From assembly GCF_964355755.1 (NCBI RefSeq), contig NC_092678.1, positions 1,008,422-1,072,421 of the forward strand: a stretch of 64,000 nt of DNA, in the 5' to 3' direction. This DNA comes from Antedon mediterranea (Eukaryota > Animalia > Echinodermata). The notes beneath the pieces are model-generated. The model was not told where the DNA came from. It did not search any database and saw nothing but the letters and a program-made list of their open reading frames with translations. This document shows positions 52,865 to 64,000 of this stretch, one piece after another; the stretch's first letter is position 1, and every line of letters begins with the position of its first letter. A program made the translations under genes and the position numbers.

Positions 52865-55800
52865 AAATCGAAGCTAAATGAAAATCTTTCAAGATTGTTT
52901 TAATAATTTGGGAACAATTATTGTCAAAGGAAGCACAGATAAATTCATGATAACCTGGACAAAAAGATTAAATATCATCATCATCATATTCTAACAATCT
53001 AAAAACTTGGAATGTAATACTCCCAATGAAACTTTCCACAAACCACACTCTTCTTAATGTCCAAAAGATCCCAAATTATTTTCAATGATTAAAATACATT
53101 CTGAATACCAGAAAGGTGTATGGTATTGTGAGGGTTGAGTAGTTTTTATGAAAATATATTTAAAAATTTGATTGAAAATTGATTACTGACCTTTATCAGA
53201 TACGTGCCAATGTACTTATCATGAGTATAGTTTGCTGTGATTACCATTAACGTTTTATTATTGACAACAACTTCTTTTGCAAGACTGCTTCCCTATAAAT
53301 AAATAGAATATTCTGTGATGTCTAACAACCTACTGAATTGGACACAGGTATGGACAACGCACATTCAGTAACACAGAGGCCTGAGGCCCCTTGCTTCATA
53401 AACCCTAAGTGGCCTTCAACGCTGGAAACCTTTTTCGACATATTTTAATGCCTGTTTTTTTTTCTCTGGGCACTGTTCAGGGGCCTCTGGGTTTAGCCAG
53501 TGAGCGCTCATTCATATTCATAGCCGTTACGCCACTGTGCATATTTCATAATGAGTAATTTTGCGTCGTAACCCAGTGCTCATTCGTCTGTTCCAGACAG
53601 AGGTCGAGACTACCGGGGTAACCTACATATTCTTCCAAAAGTGATTGGAGAAGCCTAAAATTTAAGTAAATTAGGTATTTGGAATAAAATATTGTGTATC
53701 TCTACACTAGCTAGAAAACAGCTCCAAAAGGGTCTACAACATATTTTGAGCAGTCAATTGCATATCTTAGAACTCAGATGTAAAAATTGATTAAGTGCCT
53801 CAATTTACTCAGCAAATGATCAAAAGTAGCTGGAGGTGAACTGATACCTAAAGAAGGGCTTATACCAAGGGGTGGACTGATACCTAAGGAAGGGCTAATA
53901 CCAAGGGGTGGACTGATACCTAAGAAAGGGCTTATACCAAGGAGTGGATTGATACCTAAGGAAGGGCTTATACCAAGGGGTGGACCCAAACCTAAGGAAG
54001 GGCTTATACCAAGGAGTGGACTGATACCTAAGGAAGGGCATACCTGCTTCGTCAGTACATTATTAACATTTTATGTTTATTAATACTTACATACTCTTGA
54101 CTTGGACATCCATCAAACCCGTCACCATATACTTTACAAACAAATAAAAAGTAGGAATTAAATTTGCAAGACGGCGGTGCAACTGAAAACTGTACAATGA
54201 ATCCTGCATACAGAGGTGTTACATCAACATACTCAGCTTTCCAATACACGTAATCATTATCTAGAAAAAGTACAACAAGTAAATCCAACATATTCAAAAT
54301 GTTCATTCCTGAATTGTGGGAAATTTTAAGCAATAAAAGTGTACACAAATGGTATATGTTGTAACACATTACGTAAACAATCCACTTCCATCCAGTATTC
54401 CAGATTGATTTTCATTTAACGTACCTCTTTCACATATTTTCAGATCCTCTACTGGGAAGCCTTTAAAAAAAGTAAAGTAAAATTAAACGACTCTATAATA
54501 ATAACAGTTGTAAAATAAAGGATTTTTCTATTGGCTACATACTGCACCAACATTATGTACATGTTATGTATAATACCATAGGCACAAATCTTAATTGTTT
54601 TTCCTTAACACAAGTTAAGCTTGGTAGGCATTAGGGAGCTAAGAACCAGTTAGTTTAGGTCATTTAATTGTTGGACCTGGAAATCACTAAAACTGTGTTG
54701 AGGTGAAAAAAGAGAAAGCATCATATCATACATATTGTATTTGTTTTATTTTGATCTTTGAATTAACAATGTTGATAAAACTGAATATATATCCACATAC
54801 GTCCCAACTTTGTGAGGGGTCTGATTGAGACAAGTTTTTTAAATTCTAAACCAGATCCTAACCAAAAAAAAAGGGGGGAAATGTTAAAATGTTGAATATT
54901 TATGTTACATATGTACTATTTTCTTCTTAAATAAATTTTACGAAATGAAACTAAACGAAATAAAACAATTCTCTGATGATGTAGTTAGTCCGTCAGTCGT
55001 CAAGAATTAAAATCTGCCCAATAATCAAAACTGTTAACTTACTTGGTGCTCTAACAGATGCTACCCACTGTTTAGTATTCAGATTTTGTTGTTTTAGTGG
55101 GATGGCATACGCTTCCATGTAATAATCTCTCTTCGGTGTTAAGTCATAAATACAATCGTACTCAAATACTATCTGCCGAATCAATCAATATCAATATTTT
55201 GAATTTATAATTGTACAAAAAAAAGTTTCAAAGAGAAAGCAATTGAAAGAAAGGTTTTCATCATTGTCGTTGTCATCGTCGCTGTTGTCATCATCATTGT
55301 TGTCATCATCACTGTTGTCATCATCATTGTTGTCATCATCATTGTTGTCATCATCGTCGTAGTCATCGTAGCTGTTATCATCATCGATGTAGTCAGTGTT
55401 GCTGTCGTGAGGTGGTTTCCCAATTAATTGTACGATCAAAACGGTACTGGGTATGTATGTCGTTTTCATCGTGGCTGTTGTCATCATCATCGCTGTTGTC
55501 ATTATCGTCGATGTTGTCATCGTCGTCACTGCTGTCATTATCGTCGATGTTGTCATCGTCGTCACTGCTGTCATCTTTGCTGTTGTCATCGTCGCTGCTG
55601 TCCTCATCGTAGCTGTTGTCATCATCGTCGTTGTCATCATCGTTGTGTTGTCATTGTCGCTCTCGTCATTGTTGCTGTTGTCATTATCGTCATTTTCATC
55701 GTCGCTGTTGTCATCATCTTCATCTGTTACGCTTGAGTAGACACACTGTATTCATTATTCGTTCAATGTCTCTCTAAATATTATAGAATTGGCAGGTACT

Positions 55801-58800
55801 ATGAATGAAATTTACAGTAAGTAACATTTTGATAATGGGTGCTGGCCCTACCTGTGTGTTTCCCTCGAACGATAGGTGACTAATTCCTTTTTCAGAGAAG
55901 CTTAAATGATGGCATTCTCCCCTATTATTTTCATGTTGAAACAATAATATAATTATTCCTTTTAACTTCCAGTGATAGACTGAAAAAAGGAGTATTTTCA
56001 TAAAATTAACAAAGGTTGGATAAAAAGGAACATGAATATTCATAAAGTAATGTATTAACAGTAGAACTCCTCATTTGCGACACCCCTCCTTATTTATACA
56101 ACCCCCCACCCCACTATTTTCTGCAACGCCCCCCCCCCCTCCTATTTATGCAACGTCCCTCCCTATTTATGCAACGTCCCTCCCTATTTATGCAACTTAT
56201 CAAGGGGACACTTGCCTGTGAAACAAAGGAGAAGCATACAACCCCTATTCAGAGGAAACTTTTACAGTATTAAAGGGACAATTTTCTGGACCCCTATTCA
56301 GAGGACACTCCTACTAAAGGGACAATTTTCTGGACCCCTATTCAGAGGACACTCCTATTAAGGGGACAATTTTCTGGACCCCTATTCAGAGGACGCTCCT
56401 ATTAAGGGGACAATTTTCTGGACCCCTATTCAGAGGACACTCCTATTAAGGGGACAATTTTCTGGACCTCTATTCAGAGGACACTCCTATTAAGGGGACA
56501 ATTTTCTGGACCCCTATTCAGAGGACACTCCTATTAAAGGGACAATTTTCTGGACCCCTATTCAGAGGACACTCCTATTAAAGGGACAATTTTCTGGACC
56601 CCTATTCAGAGGACACTCCTATTAGGGGAAAATTTTCTGGACCCCTATTCAGAGGACACTCCTATTACGGGGACAATTTTCTGGACCCCTATTCAGAGGA
56701 CACTCCTATTACGGGGACAATTTTCTGGACCTCTATTCAGAATACACTCCTATTAAGGGGACAATTTTCTGGACCCCTATTCAGAGGACACTCCTATTAA
56801 AGGGACAATTTTCTGGACCCCTATTCAGAGGACACTCCTATTAAAGGGACAATTTTCTGGACCCCTATTCAGAGGACACTCCTATTAGGGGAAAATTTTC
56901 TGGACCCCTATTCAGAGGACACTCCTATTACGGGGACAATTTTCTGGACCCCTATTCAGAGGACACTCCTATTAAGGGGACACTTTTCTGGACCTCTATT
57001 CAGAGGACACTCCTATTAAGGGGACAATTTTCTGGACCCCTATTCAGAGGACACTCCTATTAAGGGGACAATTTTCTGGACCCCTATTCAGAGGACACTC
57101 CTATTAAAGGGACAATTTTCTGGACCCCTATTTAGAGGACACTCCTATTAGGGGAAAATTTTCTGGACCCCTATTCAGAGGACACTCCTATTACGGGGAC
57201 AATTTTCTGGACCCCTATTCAGAGGACACTCCTATTAAGGGGACAATTTTCTGGACCTCTATTCAGAGGACACTCCTATTAAGGGGACAATTTTCTGGAC
57301 CCCTATTCAGAGGACACTCCTATTAAGGGGACAATTTTCTGGACCCCTATTCAGAGGACACTCCTATTACGGGGACAATTTTCTGGACCCCTATTCAGAG
57401 GACACTCCTATTAAGGGGACAATTTTCTGGACCCCTATTCAGAGGACACTCCTATTAAAAGGACAATTTTCTGGACCCCTATTCAGAGGACACTCCTATT
57501 AGGGGAAAATTTTCTGGACCCCTATTCAGAGGACACTCCTATTAAGGGGACAATTTTCTGGACCCCTATTCAGAGGACACTCCTATTAAAGGGACAATTT
57601 TCTGGACCCCTATTCAGAGGACACTCCTATTAAAGGGACAATTTTCTGGACCCCTATTCAGAGGACACTCCTATTAGGGGAAAATTTTCTGGACCCCTAT
57701 TCAGAGGACACTCCTATTACGGGGACAATTTTCTGGACCCCTATTCAGAGGACACTCCTATTACGGGGACAATTTTCTGGACCTCTATTCAGAGGACACT
57801 CCTATTAAGGGGACAATTTTCTGGACCCCTATTCAGAGGACACTCCTATTAAGGGGACAATTTTCTGGACCCCTATTCAGAGGACACTCCTATTAAAGGG
57901 ACAATTTTCTGGACCCCTATTCAGAGGACACTCCTATTAGGGGAAAATTTTCTGGACCTCTATTCAGAGGACACTCCTATTAAGGGGACAATTTTCTGGA
58001 CCCCTATTCAGAGGACACTCCTATTACAGGGACAATTTTCTGGACCTCTATTCAGAGGACACTCCTATTAAGGGGACAATTTTCTGGACCCCTATTCAGA
58101 GGACACTCCTATTAAGGGGACAATTTTCTGGACCCCTATTCAGAGGACACTCCTATTACGGGGACAATTTTCTGGACCTCTATTCAGAGGACACTCCTAT
58201 TAAGGGGACAATTTTCTGGACCCCTATTCAGAGGACGCTCCTATTAAGGGGACAATTTTCTGGACCCCTATTCAGAGGACGCTCCTATTAAAGGGACAAT
58301 TTTCTGGACCCTTATTCAGAGGACACTCCTATTAAGGGGACAATTTTCTGGACCCCTATTCAGAGGACACTCCTATTAAAGGGACAATTTTCTGGACCCC
58401 TATTCAGAGGACACTCCTATTAAGGGGACAATTTTCTGGACCCCTATTCAGAGGACACTCCTATTAGGGGACAATTTTCTGGACCCCTATTCAGAGGACA
58501 CTCCTATTAAGGGGACAATTTACTAGACCCCTATTCAGAGGACACTCCTATTAAGGGGACAATTTACTAGACCCCTATTCAGAGGGCACTCCTATTAAGG
58601 GGACAATATTCTGGACCCTTATTCAGAGGACACTCCTATTAAGGGGACAATTTTCTGGACCCCTATTCAGAGGACACTTCTATTAAGGGGACAATTTTCT
58701 GGACCCCTATTCAGAGGACACTCCTATTAAGGGGACAATTTTCTGGGTCCTGAAGGTGCTCTTGCTTGCCTTACCATCACGTAAAATTGTTATTTTAATC

Positions 58801-59564
58801 TTCAGATTGTATTTTCTATTCTCCAGGTTCTTTATCCATTCAAGTTCAATATCTGAATCTGATAAGGCTTTTGCGTAGCAAGGATTCTCAGATTTAGCAC
58901 AATCTCCATATGGAATATTCCCATGACAATTAACTAAAAAACAAAACAAAAAGAAATTAATACATACTGTATCGTGATATCACAACACAATAAAATGAAT
59001 TAAACTTGCAAAGGAGTACTAAGATCCATTCAACAAATAATTTAACACTACTCGTTTCAATTTAGTTTTTGTTTATGACGTCTGTCGCAATTAGTTTTAC
59101 ATTCATCTGAAATGATGGATGAAACTAAGCCAGGACTGGTTAAAGCACTTTGGTTGGTCCTAACATTGATCAAAGGCTTTCCTCGGCCAGTGTCCACCAA
59201 CCAGAGGAAAGACATGGGCCAATACGTCTGAGGCAGATGCAGGGGCTGCCATTGCTATTGAAAAGAGTAATATTGTTCAATTGTAAAACCATGACAAATG
59301 ACGCACAATTCCACAAGCGATTTGACCATGCAATGAAGATGTTAAATAATCCATTTCCTGTGATTGGTCAAATCACCTTGCGTCCAAGCAATATTAAGGT
59401 AATTGGTCAGATTTCAGCCGTTTGGCAAGACATTCTCTACTTTACCTTATTTCCTTTTTTAGAAACACATGGCATACTTCAACCTTTAATTTATCTATGA
59501 CAAAGTCCAGGATTTATAACTTACATTCATTATACGTTGTTGCTGTACATTCTTCATATTTTGT
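46263..59564 (-). CDS. Interleukin-17 receptor-like type I membrane protein (FNIII-like ectodomain, EGF, HYR, TM, SEFIR); 5' end unresolved
   Basis: Phase-consistent exon chain 59564-59525, 58933-58775, 55979-55852, 55172-55043, 54460-54425, 54260-54091, 53292-53191, 52093-52018, 48694-48578 (EGF), 48390-48145 (HYR), 47723-47568 (TM IAILGGLSFGIVLLIVIGCLY-RR), 47071-46263 (SEFIR: KLLILYFEDAPQHKNVVLSFATFLQAHCGVDV...DIFIHAL). The signal-peptide exon was not found. Confidence 0.75.
47193..47547. repeat. 71-bp minisatellite, 5 copies, containing a MITE terminus
   Basis: The unit includes CTAGTG(G/A)GAACCAAGCTTT, whose reverse complement matches the element end AAAGCGTGGTTCCCACTAG at ~48910-48928. 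It starts ~20 nt after the donor at 47567. Confidence 0.9.
49019..50706. repeat. 51-bp minisatellite, ~33 copies
   Basis: Unit TGATTAGTCTTACCACCACCGTACACAACACATACATCAATTAAAGTNCAT; the minus strand carries GTG|GTAAGACTAATC in each copy. Confidence 0.97.
51080..51171. other. Near-perfect hairpin, 38-bp arms, 16-nt loop
   Basis: GCTTACCTGGATAAACCCGACATAAGCCCTTTTCCACG pairs with CGTGGAAAAGGGCTTATGTTGGGTTTATCCAGGTAAGC (one mismatch). Confidence 0.9.
51250..51600. repeat. 11-bp minisatellite, ~30 copies
   Basis: Units CCCTGGATGTG / CCCTGGATGCA / CCCTGGATGAA. Confidence 0.9.
52811..52862. repeat. (TA)n microsatellite
   Basis: About 26 TA dinucleotides. Confidence 0.95.
53366..53537. mobile_element. 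hAT-like MITE family B, copy 2
   Basis: Shares CAGAGGCCTGAGGCCCC...GGGCACTG...GGGTTTAGCCAGTGAG with 44401-44562 and ends GTTACGCCACTG. Confidence 0.65.
53835..54042. repeat. 36-bp (2x18) minisatellite, ~5.5 copies
   Basis: Unit GAAGGGCTTATACCAAGGGGTGGACTGATACCTAAG. Confidence 0.85.
55255..55730. repeat. Compound trinucleotide low-complexity tract (TCA/TCG/TTG)
   Basis: Mixed (TCA)n/(GTC)n/(TTG)n in an intron; it explains the overlapping poly-D/T/S/V ORFs. Confidence 0.85.
56270..58757. repeat. 44-bp satellite, ~56 copies, apparently amplified from inside a CAGT-terminated MITE
   Basis: Unit GGACCCCTATTCAGAGGACACTCCTATTAAGGGGACAATTTTCT. It is preceded by CAGTAGAACTCCTC (~56059) and followed by GGTCCTGAAGGTG, as in the monomeric element at ~63359-63445. 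Confidence 0.95.
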
Positions 59565-60699
59565 CTAAAATAAAAAAAAGAAAAATGTCTTTCATGAAAA
59601 AGCGTCATCCAACATAAACAGTTAAAGGGCTTCTTCTAGGATAAGTGCTGGGCAAACATGACATATAAATAATAAATAAACTTCCAACATAATAGGGATA
59701 CTGTAGCACCAGACTAGTAGAACCAACAAGTTTATATGGCAAGATCTCTACTACATAGGAATACAGTGACTACATCAGGTTTCCAAGAAATTTGGGCCAA
59801 TTGGATTGGTCAACCGCTGACTCAACTGCCCGTCCGGTGAACTGCCCGCCAAGCCGAATAACATCAATTTGTATTTGACAAGTCTTTGTGGTGTAATTTG
59901 TGAATGATGTCGGCACACCAACACCATTTTCACACAAACTATTAAAAATAACATTTGACATTTGTATCAAAATCTAGAATTTTGCTATAAATACTATAGC
60001 TCAACAAAATCAGTAGTTATGAATTCCTAGGCGTTTTAATACATCAATGTGATATCAAAAACGTACAAAATATTTAAATAAAAATAATAAAAATGGGAAG
60101 CAACATTTATTGGGGAGGAGGAGGAATCTGTAATGCAATAAATTGTAACCCTTTAAATGTCACTGTCAGCAGTTTACCTTGTGTAAAATGGGGTATTATT
60201 AGAATTAGAAGAAGTCAACTATAATAATTGGGTTGTTACATAACTATTTCAGCTAACACTCAGTCCAAATAATTGCAATAAAGGCCTCATACGAAATCAA
60301 TTCAATTTTAAAAACTAAACAATTCTTCTCTATAAACAAAGCTAAAACAAGAATAATTATAATCTTCTATTGGAATGAATGAGAATAGATCGCGTGCATG
60401 GCTTTTCTTTAATAGGAATAAAGATGTAGTTACAAATTGATTTATGTTCATTAACAATTAGAGTTTTCTTTGACAGGAAGTTGTCTGAGTTACTAGGAAT
60501 TACATCATTAACTTGCTATTTAGCGTCGTCTAACCCATACTCTCTCAAATTTTTAATTGAGAACAATTACAATTGGTTTCAATTTTGTTTTAATTATGGA
60601 TGTAAAACAAGAAAAAAAATAGTTGTTAAGCTTAGTTCCCCCTTAGATTAGACGCAACCCAAGGACGTACACTACGCACAACACAATGATTTACGCGCA

Positions 60700-62030
60700 A
60701 CCCAGGGACGTACGCACAGCACAAGGACATACGCGCAACATAATACGTACTGTATGTACAGCGCAAAGAAGTACGCACAGCGCAAAGAAGTACGCACAGC
60801 GCAAAGAAGTACGCACAGCGCAAAGAAGTACGCACAGCGCAAAGAAGTACGCACAGCGCAAAGAAGTACGCACAGCGCAAAGAAGTACGCACAGCACAAA
60901 GAAGTACGCACAGCGCAAGGAAGTACGCACAGCACAAAGAAGTACGCACAGCGCAAAGAAGTACGCACAGCGCAAAGAAGTACGCACAGCACAAAGAAGT
61001 ACGCACAGCGCAAGGAAGTACGCACAGCACAAAGAAGTACGCACAGCGCAAGGAAGTACGCACAGCGCAAAGAAGTATGCACAGCGCAAGGAAGTACGCA
61101 CAGCTCAAAGAAGTACGCACAGCGCAAAGAAGTATGCACAGCACAAGGAAGTACGCACAGCACAAAGAAGTACGCACAGCGCAAGGAAGTACGCACAGCG
61201 CAAAGAAGTACGCACAGTGCAATGATGTATGTACAGCGCAAGGAAGTACGCACAGCGCAAAGAAGTATGCACAGCACAAAGAAGTACGCACAGCACAAAG
61301 AAGTACGCACAGCGCAAGGAAGTACGCACAGCCCAAAGAAGTACGCACAGCGCAAGGAAGTACGCACAGCGCAAAGAAGTACGCACAGCGCAAGGAAGTA
61401 CGCACAGCACAAAGAAGTACGCACAGCGCAAAGAAGTATGGACAGCGCAAGGAAGTACGCACAGCGCAAGGAAGTACGCACAGCACAAAGAAGTACGCAC
61501 AGCGCAAGGAAGTACGCACAGCGCAAAGAAGTATGCACAGCGCAAGGAAGTACGCACAGCGCAAGGAAGTACGCACAGCGCAAAGAAGTACGCACAGCGC
61601 AAAGAAGTACGCACAGCGCAAAGAAGTATGCACAGCGCAAGGAAGTACGCACAGCGCAAGGAAGTACGCACAGCGCAAAGAAGTACGCACAGCGCAAAGA
61701 AGTATGCACAGCGCAAGGAAGTATGCACAGCACAAGGAAGTACGCACAGCGCAAAGAAGTACGCACAGCGCAAAGTATGCACAGCGCAAGGAAGTACGCA
61801 CAGCGCAAAGAAGTATGCACATGCAAGGATGTACGCACAGCACAAAGAAGTACCCACAGCGCAAAGAAGTATGCACATGCAAGGATGTACGCAAATTGCA
61901 AGGGCGTACGCACATTGCAAGGGCGTACGCACATTGCAAGGACGTACGCACATTGCAAGGGCGTACGCACATTGCAAGGGCGTACGCACATTGCAAGGGC
62001 GTACGCACATTGCAAGGGCGTACGCGCAGC
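60700..62030. repeat. 19-bp satellite, ~65 copies, changing unit along its length
   Basis: GCACAGCGCAA(A/G)GAAGTAC grades into GCACATTGCAAGGGCGTAC; it explains the long ORFs in both strands at 60632-62143. Confidence 0.95.
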
Positions 62031-63358
62031 ACAATGATATACATACAACGCAAGTGTCAATAATTATATCATGGGGTTTGTGGGTCAGACAACCTCTTAT
62101 ATCCTCATTAAAGGTTTTAATTATGGCCTTGATAATAAATTGAATTTATATTTTTAAGATCATAAATGTCTGTAATAATAATAATATATCACATTTACTG
62201 TAAGTGCCCTTTTCATGAAAAAACATGCTCAAAGCGATTTACAAAGATACATAAAAAAACAGACAAAAAGTTACATAGATAGATAATTAAAAGTATGGAT
62301 AGTATACAGTTTAAAAATAAATCTATTTAAAAAGGTAGTTAAAATTTATATTCAGTTTCATTATTAAATACATAGACAAAACTATGACGATGAAAAACCA
62401 TGTTAAAATGTTCAACATACCGGTAGTTGAGTTTTTATGATGGCTGTGGTTTTCTTCAGACAGTAATGAAAAATTACGCGTTCTCATAAACTAGTTTTTT
62501 ATTGTTTTTGTATTCACCATACTGTAAATATACTTTTATTTCTCCGATTACAATGATTGAACAATTTGCTGCTGTCCAGGTAAGTTCAGTTCTTAATGAA
62601 ATTTAAAGGGAAAAAAACCCAATAAAAATTCATTGCTTATAAAAACAAACACATTTTCACTTCTAATTTCAAATCTCTAATTACTGCACTTTGCGCCTTT
62701 CTTTGAAACTGCTGCTATGTTAAGTTTATAAGGTCACTTTCAGGCCAACTGCCATTTTTCAAGTACTTAATATAATCATTCAACTAAAGCCTACCCTATA
62801 GCCAGGATATTTATAGAATGTTTTTTTCTTTTAAATAAAAAAAATGGGTAAAAAATCGTTATCATCAGCAGACTAGATGTAGGCCGCTGAATAGGGGTTC
62901 TAATCATTGTATCACCCCCTTCCCTGGCTACAGACTTAGCAACTTTGTCTGCAAGGATAATCTTTCACAAGAAATATTGTAATAAATACAGCGTTGAATA
63001 AAAAAAAATGTATTAATGTTGAAATTCATCATTTTGCAGTTTTTTGAATTTAGAAACAAGTTCAATATTGATGTTACACAAATGATGATGATACTATGTT
63101 GTAATGTAATGAGTGCTTAAGGCACCCATCTTGTGACTTAGCCACATGATATATTTAGTTCTAGGTAGATATAATTGAGACATAGTCTACGATATTATTA
63201 ATTGTAGTCTAGCATGCAATCGTGTGAATGGACAACATTTAATAAAGTATTTTCTATTTTTTATCTATGTTAAAAATAGAAAGGTGATCAGTTTAAATCT
63301 TAATGTAAAAAATATACTTGAACTTGAGAGATAAGTACGATCTAAAATGAGACACAGA

Positions 63359-63447
63359 TACAGCCAAATCCTATTAAGGGGACACCACCTCTTATTAAAG
63401 GAACACTTCTTTTGGTCCTGAAGGTGTTCCTTTTAAGGGTTCTGCTA
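63359..63447. mobile_element. Monomeric Tc1/pogo-like MITE remnant related to the 44-bp satellite
   Basis: CCTATTAAGGGGACAC...TTTTGGTCCTGAAGGTG; related pieces at ~36710-36793 (ending GGTTCAACTGTA) and ~63884-63984 (CAGTAAAACCCCT...GGAGTTTTACTG). Confidence 0.5.
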
Positions 63448-64000
63448 TAAAAACTGTTGAAACTCCAGTTCTTAATTCTAGCCTCAGAAAGAGTACAACT
63501 ATAAGATATTTTTCACTGTGTGAATATATTTTTAACATGAAATTGAATGTGAATATCTCCACATCTGAAGCAACTAGCATAGTGGTAAAGCTGCACTGTA
63601 CAAAATAAATCATTATAAAACAAAACAGCTTCTATAATTAAAGAGCTTTAGTAAACACATTGAAAAATGATGATTTTGCTCTAACCTTTCTAGACATTCT
63701 AATCCTATACTTTATAACACAATAAATTAATGATTATTTTTACAGCCACATCCTACGCACAAATAGTTTAAGTGCGTCTCTTATGTTATTCCTCATGCAG
63801 TATTTAAATAGTGAAAAACAAACTCAAGTAGTATACAATAATAATAATTAATATCATACAAAACATAAGCAAAATACAATTTAACAGTAAAACCCCTATT
63901 AAGCGGGTTGGCTATAGTGTACATATTTTCCCTCATCTGTTTTACAGTGTCCCCGTAACGTCCCAATAAAAGGAGTTTTACTGAAATTCTTAATTATTTT

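Noticed and set aside
55191-55740. Acidic or Thr-rich ORFs as a mucin-like stalk exon of the receptor
   Set aside because: It is a trinucleotide low-complexity tract with frame breaks, and the flanking exons join in phase without it.
60632-62143. Cluster of long Cys-rich or Lys/Arg-rich ORFs
   Set aside because: The 19-bp unit lacks stop codons, so the frames stay open; there is no domain or splice support.
59770-62490. Candidate upstream receptor exons (~59870-59938 and ~62421-62490)
   Set aside because: The splice signals are weak or the phase is incompatible, and there is no signal peptide; the 5' end is left unresolved.

Overview
AT-rich, intron-dense eukaryotic (animal) genomic DNA, probably a marine invertebrate deuterostome such as an echinoderm (inferred from the Deu/Nin-type SINEs and an HYR exon; not proven). 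Three spliced genes can be reconstructed by hand. (1) A complete axonemal inner-arm dynein heavy chain, DNAH12-like, on the minus strand (39803->1866; 59 coding exons in phase-consistent order, 3977 aa). (2) IQUB on the plus strand (41011->45124; 9 coding exons), head-to-head with the dynein across a ~0.4 kb region carrying two RFX X-box-like motifs. (3) A 5'-incomplete IL-17-receptor-like gene on the minus strand (<=59564->46263), apparently with extra EGF and HYR exons before the TM and SEFIR exons. Introns are full of non-autonomous DNA transposons (Harbinger-, hAT-, Kolobok-, Tc1/pogo-like), SINEs, LINE tails and minisatellites. The most striking unexplained pattern is that tandem repeats sit at the 5' (donor) ends of introns, and four of them literally multiply the authentic exon|GT junction (x10, x2, x3, x8); the x10 array is in frame and stop-free. 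All coordinates were read by eye and no database searches were run. Most long ORFs in the supplied track are satellite artefacts.
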